From: Acinetobacter geminorum
GTDB lineage: Bacteria > Pseudomonadota > Gammaproteobacteria > Pseudomonadales > Moraxellaceae
Length of the DNA: 12,666 nucleotides
Direction of reading: 5' to 3'
Assembly: GCF_013009345.1 (NCBI RefSeq)
Contig: NZ_JABELE010000007.1
Span: forward strand, 186,038 to 198,703
The stretch's first letter is position 1, and each line of letters opens with the position of its first letter. This document shows, one piece after another, positions 1 to 8,173 of this stretch. Below the pieces are notes generated by a model that saw only the letters and a program-made list of their open reading frames with translations, made no database searches and was not told where the DNA came from. A program made the position numbers and the translations under genes.

Positions 1-63
1 TGTAGCAACTTAGTTTTAAAAGAACAATTTGATGATCATTTAGACAAATGTTTAGTGGACTGA
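1..63 (+). CDS. 3' end of an unidentified CDS entering from upstream of the window (last 20 codons ...CSNLVLKEQFDDHLDKCLVD, TGA at 61-63)
   Basis: Frame 1 is the only plus-strand frame open from base 1. The one open minus-strand frame has no start codon. The fragment is too short to assign a function. It converges on adeC across the dif-like site. Confidence 0.3.
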   Translation, partial: CSNLVLKEQFDDHLDKCLVD

Positions 64-64
64 T

Positions 65-92
65 AGTTCGTATAATGTATATTATGTTAAAT
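65..92 (+). other. dif: dif-like XerC/XerD site-specific recombination site (AGTTCGTATAA | TGTATA | TTATGTTAAAT)
   Basis: Read directly from the sequence. Against E. coli dif (GGTGCGCATAA TGTATA TTATGTTAAAT) the XerD arm matches 11/11, the central region 6/6 and the XerC arm 8/11. Against the Acinetobacter plasmid pdif arms ATTTCGTATAA / TTATGTTAATT each arm matches 10/11. The site lies between converging genes. Confidence 0.7.
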
Positions 93-139
93 AGGATATC
101 TAAAGACTGTAGCCTACACAACACTGTTTGTAGCTACAG

Positions 140-182
140 CTCAGCAACGTGAATTTCTACGATCATAATTCACGTTGCTGAG
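140..182. repeat. Perfect 16-bp inverted repeat forming a hairpin (CTCAGCAACGTGAATT, 11-nt loop, AATTCACGTTGCTGAG)
   Basis: The arms at 140-155 and 167-182 are exact reverse complements. No T-run follows on either strand, so it is not a canonical intrinsic terminator. It sits between the two Xer-type sites. Confidence 0.8.
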
Positions 183-188
183 TATCCT

Positions 189-216
189 AAGTAACATAAT
201 ATAAGTTATGCAGAAA
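189..216 (-). other. Degenerate second Xer-type site in inverted orientation (minus strand reads TTTCTGCATAA | CTTATA | TTATGTTACTT)
   Basis: The XerD-like arm matches the pdif arm TTATGTTAATT at 10/11 and the dif arm at 9/11. The XerC-like arm keeps GCATAA. Bases 183-209 are the reverse complement of 72-98 at 23/27 positions. The XerD arms of both sites face inward. Confidence 0.4.
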
Positions 217-341
217 TCAGACCGCTACTCGACTTGCGTATCAGTCGAGCTTACGCAAGTCTGCGTGGCTATGACTTCAATGTCTGGGTACATGAGGAAA
301 ATATCACCTATCGCTTCCCGCATAATTTCATCATCTAAAGC

Positions 342-383
342 AAAAAATAAGCTGATTGGGAAACCTCCAGCAGCTTATTTTTT
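342..383 (-). terminator. Probable bidirectional intrinsic terminator downstream of adeC
   Basis: AAAAAATAAGCTG (342-354) and CAGCTTATTTTTT (371-383) are exact reverse complements, so each strand has a stem followed by a T-run. The structure starts 21 nt after the adeC stop. The stem is AT-rich and the loop is 16 nt, so confidence is only moderate. Confidence 0.55.
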
Positions 384-403
384 AAGATCGAAATGAAATT
401 ATA

Positions 404-1801
404 TTAGCCTTTAGATATTCCTCCCCCTAAAGCTTTATAGAGTTCAATCAGGTTATTTAGTTTCATTTGCTCAAGTGCAAGTAAACCCTGCTGTGCTGCA
501 TAAGCAGAACGTTGGGCATCTAAAACCGTAAAATAACTATCAACGCCCGCTCTGTAATGTGCCATCGATAGTTTATATGTTGCAGATGTGGCTGAAACTA
601 AACGACGTTGAGCACCTAATCGTTCACCAATATGTGCATGTGTAGCAAGCGCATCATTAACTTCACGGAAAGCTGATTGAATGGCTTTTTCATATTTAGC
701 TAAAGCAATTTTCTGGTCAGTTTCTGCAATTTTAATATTCGTTTTTCTTGTTCCCAAATCAAAAATTGGTAGATCGATACTAGGTCCAATTGACCATGCA
801 AAATTACCAGTTTTAAATAAATCTTTAAGTTCAGTCGATGCATAGCCTGTAGAACCAGTAAGGCTTATGGTCGGAAACATACGTGCTTTCGCAGCCCCAA
901 TACTGGCCCCAGCTGCACGCAACTCATATTCGGCAACTTTAAGATCTGGTCGATGATTTAATAAATCACTTGGCAAACCTGCTGCAAAGTTTTTCTCAAT
1001 GGTAATATTTTGAATAGAATGATCCGGAAGTAAATTCTGCGGAATAGAATAACCTGCTAACAAATCCAGTAAATTTTTTGCCTGTTGGATTTGAGTTTTA
1101 TAAGTTGCAACATCATTTCGAGCAGTCTCTACCGAAATTTGCGCTTGTTTTAATGGAACTTCACTATCAATACCGACATCAAAGCGCTTTTTATTAAGAT
1201 GATAAGAATCAAGTTGAGCTTTTAAAGTCTGCTCTGCAAGGTTTAAATTAGCTTGAGCAAAGGCATAATTTAACCAAACTTGTGTGATATTGCTGATTAA
1301 ACTAATTTGAACTGCTTCGCTCGCACTTTGTGTTGCCAGATAATTATTTAATGCCACATCTTTTAAATTTTTTACACGGCCCCAAAAGTCTAATTCATAT
1401 GCAGTCATTCCTAAACCCACCTGAAATGTTGAAGCTGGGTTATTAGGATTAATAGATGGATTCACTTGCCGTACTGCACTCCCCATTACACCGATAGTAG
1501 GTAACTGGTTATTTTTAGTGATTTGGTATTCTTGCTGTACACGTTCAATATTGAGCGTAGCAGTACGCAAATCACGATTATTATTTAAACTGATTTCAAT
1601 CACCTGTAATAATTTCGGATCAGAAATAAACTCTTTATAACTTTTTTCTGCAATCGTTTTTCCAGAATGATTTTGACTAAAATTTTGAGGAATATGAGAT
1701 GTGATTGCAGGCTGTGGCGCTTGCATATTGACACATGCAACTAAAGTGACTGAGAGTGTAGAAAGAATGAGTCCACGAGATACGATTGCCGATTTAGACA
1801 T
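404..1801 (-). CDS. adeC: Outer-membrane channel of the AdeABC RND efflux pump (OprM/TolC-family lipoprotein), 465 aa
   Basis: I recognise the translation as AdeC. It has a signal peptide with lipobox LVA|C. The ORF track starts at a TTG (1813). I prefer the ATG at 1801 (MSKSAIV...) because GGAGA lies 6 nt upstream of it. Confidence 0.93.
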   Translation of the reverse strand: MSKSAIVSRGLILSTLSVTLVACVNMQAPQPAITSHIPQNFSQNHSGKTIAEKSYKEFISDPKLLQVIEISLNNNRDLRTATLNIERVQQEYQITKNNQLPTIGVMGSAVRQVNPSINPNNPASTFQVGLGMTAYELDFWGRVKNLKDVALNNYLATQSASEAVQISLISNITQVWLNYAFAQANLNLAEQTLKAQLDSYHLNKKRFDVGIDSEVPLKQAQISVETARNDVATYKTQIQQAKNLLDLLAGYSIPQNLLPDHSIQNITIEKNFAAGLPSDLLNHRPDLKVAEYELRAAGASIGAAKARMFPTISLTGSTGYASTELKDLFKTGNFAWSIGPSIDLPIFDLGTRKTNIKIAETDQKIALAKYEKAIQSAFREVNDALATHAHIGERLGAQRRLVSATSATYKLSMAHYRAGVDSYFTVLDAQRSAYAAQQGLLALEQMKLNNLIELYKALGGGISKG

Positions 1802-1877
1802 AGTATTCTCCAAATAAAGTAAATTTTGTGCATATGAAGCATCAGAGGAAATTAAGTATTCCCCTGATGCATTGAAC

Positions 1878-4800
1878 TTAGGATGAGATTTTTTTCTTAG
1901 AGGAAAATAGCTTTTCTACTGCACCCAAAATGAAGATAAAAAACACGGGAACAAAGAAAATAGCCAGTATGGTTGCTGAAATCATGCCACCAAAAACCCC
2001 TGTACCTAAAGCATGTTGAGTTTCTGAACTTGCACCTGTTGCAATAACCAAAGGAATTACACCACACGTAAATGCAAGAGAAGTCATTAGAATTGGCCGT
2101 AAGCGAAGTTTGGCTGCGGCAACAGTGGCTTCAATCAAACTCATGCCTTCCTCTTTTAGCATTTTCGCAAATTCAACAATCAAAATTGCATTCTTTGCCG
2201 ATAGACCAATAATGGTAATTAGCCCGATTTTGAAGAACACATCATTCATTAAACCTCTAGACATAATGGCAATGATTGCTCCAAAAATACCGAGTGGCAC
2301 AACCAACATCACAGAAAGTGGAATTGCCCAGCTTTCATAGAGTGCAGCCAATACGAGGAAAACAACGAGCATTGATAAACCAAGTAAAAAGGCCATTTGT
2401 GATTCAGACTGTTTTTCCTGTAAGGAAATACCAGTCCACTCGTAGCCAATACCTTTCGGTAATTTAGCAATCAGTTGTTCCATTTCACGCATTGCTTCAC
2501 CTGATGACGTATCGAAGTTAGGAATACCAGCAATACTCAAAGATGGTCGTCCGTTGTAACGATTATATTGTTGTGGTGCTTTATTCCATTGAGGTGTTAC
2601 TACTTCTGATAACGAAACTAATTGACCACTCGAACCCATCACTTTTAAGTTCAAGATATCTTTGAGTTGCATACGTGATTTAGCCTCAACTTGTACAATC
2701 ACTTGTTGCATACGCCCTTGATTAGGGAAGTCATTGATATACATTGAACCCATCGATGTAGAAATGATGTCTGAAACATCAGAAAACTTAACACCGAGCG
2801 CACTAAGCTTTTCGCGGTCAATTTTTAAAGAAATATTGTCACCTTGTGGTAGCCCTTCATTCCAAACCATATAGAACTTCTTATTTTTGGCTGCCATTGC
2901 CATAAGTTCATCTTGAGCAGCCAGTAAAGCAGGCATACCTAAGTTAGCACGGTCTTGTAAACGTAAACTGAAGCCTGAAAAAGTACCCAACTCATCAATA
3001 GAAGGTGGTAATACGGCCATAGTTTCACCTTCCGTACTGTTTGCCATTGAGGTATTAACGGCGCTTGTCATCTTAGATGCAGAGCTAGTCCGCTCTTTGA
3101 AGTCTTTAAGTGTCGTAAAAGCCACAGCTACGTTTTGTCCTGCGCCACTAAAACCCCATCCCAAAATGGTGGTATTACTTTTTACATCGGGATTATCTTT
3201 CAAATTATTTTCAAATTGATTGACTACATTCCGAGTACGCTCTGCGGTTGCATCTGAAGGTAGCTGGAACGAAGTCATGAACCAACCTTGATCTTCCTCT
3301 GGCATAAATGCTGTTGGCCAATATTTCATTCCGGCAAAGGTAATACCGGTAATTACTAAAAAGATCACCATCATTGGAACTGTATGTTTGATGATTTTAA
3401 GCAGCATCAATTCATACTTTTTAGTGACTTTATCGAAACTACGGTCAAACCATGCAAAGAAGCCCTTCTTCTGATGATGCCCATCGATTGGCTTTAAAAT
3501 CGTGGCACAAAGTGCCGGTGTTAAAATAAGTGCCAATAACGCTGAAAATAAAATAGATACCGACATGGTCAAGGTAAACTGTTTATAGATTACCCCTACA
3601 GAACCACTCGCAAATGCCATAGGTAAAAATACTGCAGCCAAGACCAGCGTAATACCAATAATCGGGCTGGTAATCTCTTTCATTGCTTTAGAGGTTGCAT
3701 CTTTAGGACTTAATCCTTCAGTCGCCATAATCCTTTCTACGTTTTCAACAACGACAATCGCATCGTCGACAATAATCCCGATGGCAAGCACCATACCGAA
3801 CATGGTGAGTACGTTAATTGAAAAGCCGGCAAGCAACATCACGGTAAAAGTACCGAGTAAGGCAATAGGCGCCACAATTGCTGGAATAAGCGTATAGCGG
3901 ACATTGTGTAAAAATAGATACATCACAATGAAAACCAGAACCATGGCTTCAAGTAATGTATGAATTACCTTTTCAATTGAAATTTTGACAAACGGCGCGG
4001 TGTCGTAAGGAATACTAAACTCCATGCCTTCCGGTAAATTTAGCTTCAATTCTTCAATTTTTGCTCGAACACCTTCGGCAGTTTTCACGGCGTTAGCTCC
4101 CGGGCTTAATTGAATTGCAGCCGCGGTAGCAGGCTTACCATTTTCCAAAATGGCAAAGTTATATGCTTGTGAACCTATTTCTACATTGGCAACATCAGAT
4201 AATTTAATTACGCTACCGTTAGTTTTACTTTTTAAGCTGATATTTTTAAATTGCTCAAGACTAGACAATTGCCCTTGAGCCGACAACGGAATAGTAATGA
4301 GCTGGCCTTTTTCAGCTGGTAAATCACCAAGTCTGCCGGGTGCAATTTCGACATTATTTTCACGAATGGCATTATTCACATCACTAATCGATAAACCGTA
4401 AGAAACAAGCTTATTCGGGTCGACCCAAATACGCATAGCTTTCTCGGCACCGAAAGATTGAACCTTCCCTACACCTTCGACACGTTTTAGCTCTTCTATA
4501 ACATTTCGAACCAAATAATCACTCAAATCAACTTCGGAATATTGATTATTTGGAGAGTTAATCCCGACCAGCATTAAAAATCCGGACGATGAAGCCTCAA
4601 CCTGTAAACCTTGCTGACGTACAACTTGCGGTAAGCGAGCTTCTACAGCCTTGATTTTATTTTGAACGTCAACCTGAGCCATTTCCACATCTGTGCCTGG
4701 TTTAAACGTAGCCGTAATCTCTGCTGTACCGGAGGTATCTGTTGTCGCACTATAGTAGAGTAGATTTTTTACACCCGATAATTCGCGCTCAATTAAGGTT

Positions 4801-4988
4801 ACAACGCTATCGTTAATGGTTTTAGCTGTAGCACCAGGATAAGTCGCACTAATATTCACCTGTGGCGGGGCCACACTTGGAAAACGTGCAATTGGCAGTT
4901 TAGGAATACTCAGCAATCCAAATATAATAATAAAGATCGCGATAACCCAAGCAAAAACGGGGCGACGAATAAAAAATTGTGACATCAT
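1878..4988 (-). CDS. adeB: RND inner-membrane multidrug transporter of the AdeABC pump, 1036 aa
   Basis: The full-length translation is recognisable as Acinetobacter AdeB (AcrB family, 12-TM architecture with large periplasmic loops). Its ATG overlaps the adeA stop in ATGA (4985-4988). Confidence 0.97.
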   Translation of the reverse strand: MMSQFFIRRPVFAWVIAIFIIIFGLLSIPKLPIARFPSVAPPQVNISATYPGATAKTINDSVVTLIERELSGVKNLLYYSATTDTSGTAEITATFKPGTDVEMAQVDVQNKIKAVEARLPQVVRQQGLQVEASSSGFLMLVGINSPNNQYSEVDLSDYLVRNVIEELKRVEGVGKVQSFGAEKAMRIWVDPNKLVSYGLSISDVNNAIRENNVEIAPGRLGDLPAEKGQLITIPLSAQGQLSSLEQFKNISLKSKTNGSVIKLSDVANVEIGSQAYNFAILENGKPATAAAIQLSPGANAVKTAEGVRAKIEELKLNLPEGMEFSIPYDTAPFVKISIEKVIHTLLEAMVLVFIVMYLFLHNVRYTLIPAIVAPIALLGTFTVMLLAGFSINVLTMFGMVLAIGIIVDDAIVVVENVERIMATEGLSPKDATSKAMKEITSPIIGITLVLAAVFLPMAFASGSVGVIYKQFTLTMSVSILFSALLALILTPALCATILKPIDGHHQKKGFFAWFDRSFDKVTKKYELMLLKIIKHTVPMMVIFLVITGITFAGMKYWPTAFMPEEDQGWFMTSFQLPSDATAERTRNVVNQFENNLKDNPDVKSNTTILGWGFSGAGQNVAVAFTTLKDFKERTSSASKMTSAVNTSMANSTEGETMAVLPPSIDELGTFSGFSLRLQDRANLGMPALLAAQDELMAMAAKNKKFYMVWNEGLPQGDNISLKIDREKLSALGVKFSDVSDIISTSMGSMYINDFPNQGRMQQVIVQVEAKSRMQLKDILNLKVMGSSGQLVSLSEVVTPQWNKAPQQYNRYNGRPSLSIAGIPNFDTSSGEAMREMEQLIAKLPKGIGYEWTGISLQEKQSESQMAFLLGLSMLVVFLVLAALYESWAIPLSVMLVVPLGIFGAIIAIMSRGLMNDVFFKIGLITIIGLSAKNAILIVEFAKMLKEEGMSLIEATVAAAKLRLRPILMTSLAFTCGVIPLVIATGASSETQHALGTGVFGGMISATILAIFFVPVFFIFILGAVEKLFSSKKKISS

Positions 4989-6175
4989 GGTTGCGCCCCC
5001 TCAGTTATAGAAGCTTTCTTTTCTATACTTGAAGCATGACTGACCACTGCTGAAGCTTTCCATGCTGCCAATGCCAATTTTTGATTTGGCTTAATACGAT
5101 CAATACCCTCAACAACGACTTTGTCACCCACCTTCAAGCCTTTATTGGCAATATAGTACTGTTCATACTGCTGTCCGATTTCAATAGGACGAACATCAGC
5201 TGACCCTTTAGCGTTGATGACATATACCTGAGGCTCACCATTAATATTGCGTTGAATGGCTTGAGCTGGAACTAATAAAGCTTGTGGGATAGAAGCTCGA
5301 TCAATATTAACTCGTACATACATACCCGGGAGTAGTTTTCTCTCGGTATTGTTTACTTCAATACGGAACGTGACATCACCTGTTTCCGGGTCAACATTAA
5401 TATCTTCAAACAACATTTTTGCTGTGACGTTATAAGGTTGCCCGTGACTATTGGTAATACGAACGGTTTTGTCACTATTTGCTGATAATTCTCCGCTTTG
5501 TAGCGCAGCTTGTAAGCGCTCATACTCACTAACTGATTGCTTTACATCGACATAGACTTTATCAATCTGTTGGATTGTGGCCATGGTATTGGTATCGCCT
5601 TGACCAACCAATGCACCTTCAGTGACAAAAGACTGCCCAATACGCCCTGAGATTGGTGCCCGAACAGTTGCATATTGCAAATTCAAATTTTGTCTAGCAA
5701 GCAATGCTTTCATTTGAGCAACATCAGCTTGGGCCTGACGATATTGAGCTTGAGCATTACTTACTTCCTGCTTGCTAATCGCATTACTTGGTAAAAGCTG
5801 CTCATAACGCTCTAATTGCACTTTTAATCGTGTCACCTCAGCTTCAGCTTTATTGAGTGAGGCTCTATTGCTATTTACATCTGCCTCAAAAGTTTCTGAG
5901 TTAATTTTATATAGAGCTTGCCCTGCTCTAACTTCACTACCTTGCTTAAATAGAACTCTTTCAATAATCCCTCCGACTTGCGGACGTATTTCAGCCGTAC
6001 GGAACGCCTGTACCCGTGCAGGAAGATTTTCACTGAAATTAACCGATTGCGGTTGAATACTTAATACACTGACTTTAGCTGGTGGTGGTTCAGCTTGAGC
6101 CGCTTCTTTTGAACCACACCCCTGTAATACCAGCCCAATAGATAAAAATAAAGGAAGTAAAAGATGCTTTTGCAT
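4985..6175 (-). CDS. adeA: Periplasmic membrane-fusion adaptor lipoprotein of the AdeABC pump, 396 aa
   Basis: The translation is recognisable as AdeA (MQKHLLLPLFLSIGL.., lipobox LQG|C, HlyD/AcrA-like coiled coil and beta-barrel). The ORF track begins at a TTG (6184), and the ATG at 6175 is the likely start. Confidence 0.95.
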   Translation of the reverse strand: MQKHLLLPLFLSIGLVLQGCGSKEAAQAEPPPAKVSVLSIQPQSVNFSENLPARVQAFRTAEIRPQVGGIIERVLFKQGSEVRAGQALYKINSETFEADVNSNRASLNKAEAEVTRLKVQLERYEQLLPSNAISKQEVSNAQAQYRQAQADVAQMKALLARQNLNLQYATVRAPISGRIGQSFVTEGALVGQGDTNTMATIQQIDKVYVDVKQSVSEYERLQAALQSGELSANSDKTVRITNSHGQPYNVTAKMLFEDINVDPETGDVTFRIEVNNTERKLLPGMYVRVNIDRASIPQALLVPAQAIQRNINGEPQVYVINAKGSADVRPIEIGQQYEQYYIANKGLKVGDKVVVEGIDRIKPNQKLALAAWKASAVVSHASSIEKKASITEGAQP

Positions 6176-6242
6176 ACTGTCCAAACCTAGTGAGTTTTTG
6201 ATGCTGACATTATTTTTGATGAGTGTGTAGGGATAATCACTA

Positions 6243-6263
6243 AAGTGTGGAGTAAGTGTGGAG
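6243..6263 (+). promoter_or_regulatory. AdeR operator: 10-bp direct repeat AAGTGTGGAG-T-AAGTGTGGAG in the adeA-adeR intercistronic spacer
   Basis: Two exact copies (6243-6252 and 6254-6263) are separated by one T. This matches the published AdeR-binding direct repeat located between adeR and adeABC. Confidence 0.85.
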
Positions 6264-6320
6264 AAATACCGATAATTTAGCGTATGATGAGTTGAAGCAC
6301 TTTGTATAGCCAGATTTTCT

Positions 6321-7064
6321 ATGTTTGATCATTCTTTTTCTTTTGATTACCAACATAAAGTTATCCTCGTTGTGGAAGATGACTACGACATTGGCGACAT
6401 TATTGAAAATTATTTAAAACGTGAAGGAATGACGGTTATTCGTGCCATGAATGGAAAGCAAGCAATTGAATTGCACGCTAGCCAACCTATCGATTTAATC
6501 TTACTTGATATTAAATTACCCGAGCTCAACGGCTGGGACGTGTTAAATAAAATACGTCAGAAAGCTCAAACTCCCGTGATTATGCTGACGGCGCTAGATC
6601 AAGATATTGATAAGGTTATGGCATTACGCATAGGTGCAGATGACTTTGTGGTTAAGCCTTTTAACCCAAATGAAGTCGTTGCTAGAGTTCAGGCAGTGCT
6701 AAGAAGAACTCAATTTGCAAACAAAACATCCACTAAAAATAAAATCTACAAAAACATTGAAATTGATACAGACACTCATAGTGTTTATCTTCACTCCGAA
6801 AATAAAAAAATATTGCTTAATCTGACGCTGACTGAATATAAAATTATTTCCTTCATGATTGACCAGCCCCACAAGGTATTTACACGTGGTGAGCTCATGA
6901 ATCATTGTATGAATGATAGTGATGCATTAGAACGAACCGTAGATAGCCATGTGAGTAAGCTGAGAAAAAAACTAGAAGAACAAGGCATATTTCAAATGTT
7001 AGTTAATGTGCGTGGCGTGGGATATAGGCTAGATAATCCCCTAGCTATAAAAGATGATGCCTAA
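6321..7064 (+). CDS. adeR: OmpR/PhoB-family response regulator of adeABC, 247 aa
   Basis: The translation is recognisable as AdeR, with a receiver domain (phospho-acceptor D63 in LLLD63IKLP) and a winged-helix C-terminus. Residues D20, A91 and P116, sites of reported up-regulating substitutions, are wild-type here. Confidence 0.95.
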   Translation: MFDHSFSFDYQHKVILVVEDDYDIGDIIENYLKREGMTVIRAMNGKQAIELHASQPIDLILLDIKLPELNGWDVLNKIRQKAQTPVIMLTALDQDIDKVMALRIGADDFVVKPFNPNEVVARVQAVLRRTQFANKTSTKNKIYKNIEIDTDTHSVYLHSENKKILLNLTLTEYKIISFMIDQPHKVFTRGELMNHCMNDSDALERTVDSHVSKLRKKLEEQGIFQMLVNVRGVGYRLDNPLAIKDDA

Positions 7065-7094
7065 ATAATATTAAAAATAGCTAGGGAATATTTT

Positions 7095-8165
7095 ATGAAA
7101 AGTAAGTTAGGAATTAGTAAGCAACTTTTTATTGCCTTAACTATTGTAAATTTAAGCGTTACGCTATTTTCTGTAGTACTGGGTTATGTCATTTATAACT
7201 ATGCGATTGAAAAAGGCTGGATTTCTTTAAGCTCACTTCAAGAAGATTGGACCACTTTTCATTTTGTAGATTGGATTTGGTTGGCTACTGTTATTTTCAG
7301 TGGCTGTATGATTTCATTAGTGATCGGCATGCACCTCGCAAAGCGTTTTATTGTGCCAATTAACTTCTTAGCCGAAGCAGCAAAAAAAATTAGTCAAGGC
7401 GACCTCTCTGCTAGAGCTTACGATAACCGAATTCACTCGGCTGAAATGTCGGAGCTTTTATATAATTTTAATGATATGGCTCAAAAGCTAGAGGTTTCTG
7501 TTCAAAATGCACAAGTATGGAATGCTGCCATCGCTCATGAGTTAAGAACTCCAATCACAATTTTACAAGGCCGCCTGCAAGGCATAATTGATGGCGTTTT
7601 TAAACCTGATGAAGCTCTATTTAAAAGCCTTCTAAGTCAGGTTGAAGGCTTATCTCATTTGGTTGAGGACTTACGAACATTAAGTTTAGTAGAGAACCAG
7701 CAACTCAGATTAAATTATGAGTTATTTGACTCTAAGCCCGTAGTTGAAAAGGTTCTTAAAGCATTTGAAGATCGCTTGGAACAAGCTAACCTCGTACCAG
7801 AACTTAATCTTACTACGACTCCTGTTTTGAGTGACCGCCGTCGTATTAAGCAAGTTTTGATTGCTTTAATTGATAATGCTATTCGTTATTCAAATGCGGG
7901 CAAACTTAAAATTTCATCGGAATTGGTATCACAAAACTGGATATTAAAAATTGAGGACGAAGGTCCCGGCATTGCAACCGAGTTTCAAGATGATTTATTT
8001 AAACCCTTTTTTAGATTAGAAGAATCAAGAAATAAAGAATTTGGTGGCACAGGTTTAGGACTTGCTGTTGTACATGCAATTATTGTGGCACTGAAAGGTA
8101 CTATTCAATATAGCAATCAAGGCTCAAGAAGTATTTTCACCATAAAAATTCCAATGGAGAATTAA
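7095..8165 (+). CDS. adeS: Sensor histidine kinase of the AdeRS system, 356 aa
   Basis: The translation is recognisable as AdeS. It has two N-terminal TM segments, HAMP, the H-box AIAH148ELRTP, and N/G boxes (DNAIRYS, EDEGPGI, GGTGLGL). AGGGA lies 7 nt upstream of the ATG. Confidence 0.95.
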   Translation: MKSKLGISKQLFIALTIVNLSVTLFSVVLGYVIYNYAIEKGWISLSSLQEDWTTFHFVDWIWLATVIFSGCMISLVIGMHLAKRFIVPINFLAEAAKKISQGDLSARAYDNRIHSAEMSELLYNFNDMAQKLEVSVQNAQVWNAAIAHELRTPITILQGRLQGIIDGVFKPDEALFKSLLSQVEGLSHLVEDLRTLSLVENQQLRLNYELFDSKPVVEKVLKAFEDRLEQANLVPELNLTTTPVLSDRRRIKQVLIALIDNAIRYSNAGKLKISSELVSQNWILKIEDEGPGIATEFQDDLFKPFFRLEESRNKEFGGTGLGLAVVHAIIVALKGTIQYSNQGSRSIFTIKIPMEN

Positions 8166-8173
8166 GAATAATT

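Noticed and set aside
208-396. 62-aa plus-strand ORF in the adeC-distal intergenic region
   Set aside because: It has no SD. It begins inside the degenerate Xer-type site, runs through a perfect hairpin and through the terminator stem-loop, and its composition is odd (Ser/Ile/Lys-rich). It is most likely a chance ORF.
1802-1813. TTG-initiated N-terminal extensions proposed by the ORF track for adeC (1813), and likewise for adeA (6184) and the 204-aa gene (11561)
   Set aside because: In each case an ATG lies 2-4 codons downstream. For adeC and the 204-aa gene that ATG also has a better-placed SD (GGAGA and AGGA respectively). For adeA and adeC it gives the protein start and length I recognise. 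I keep the TTG start only for the PAAR gene, where the next ATG would truncate the domain.
2110-2467. Two plus-strand ORFs (76 and 63 aa) inside adeB
   Set aside because: They are antisense shadow ORFs within a confidently identified, full-length RND transporter gene.
5853-6056. 67-aa plus-strand ORF inside adeA
   Set aside because: It is an antisense shadow ORF within adeA.
6699-6905. 68-aa minus-strand ORF inside adeR
   Set aside because: It is an antisense shadow ORF within adeR. It is AT-rich and has an Phe/Ile/Asn-biased composition.
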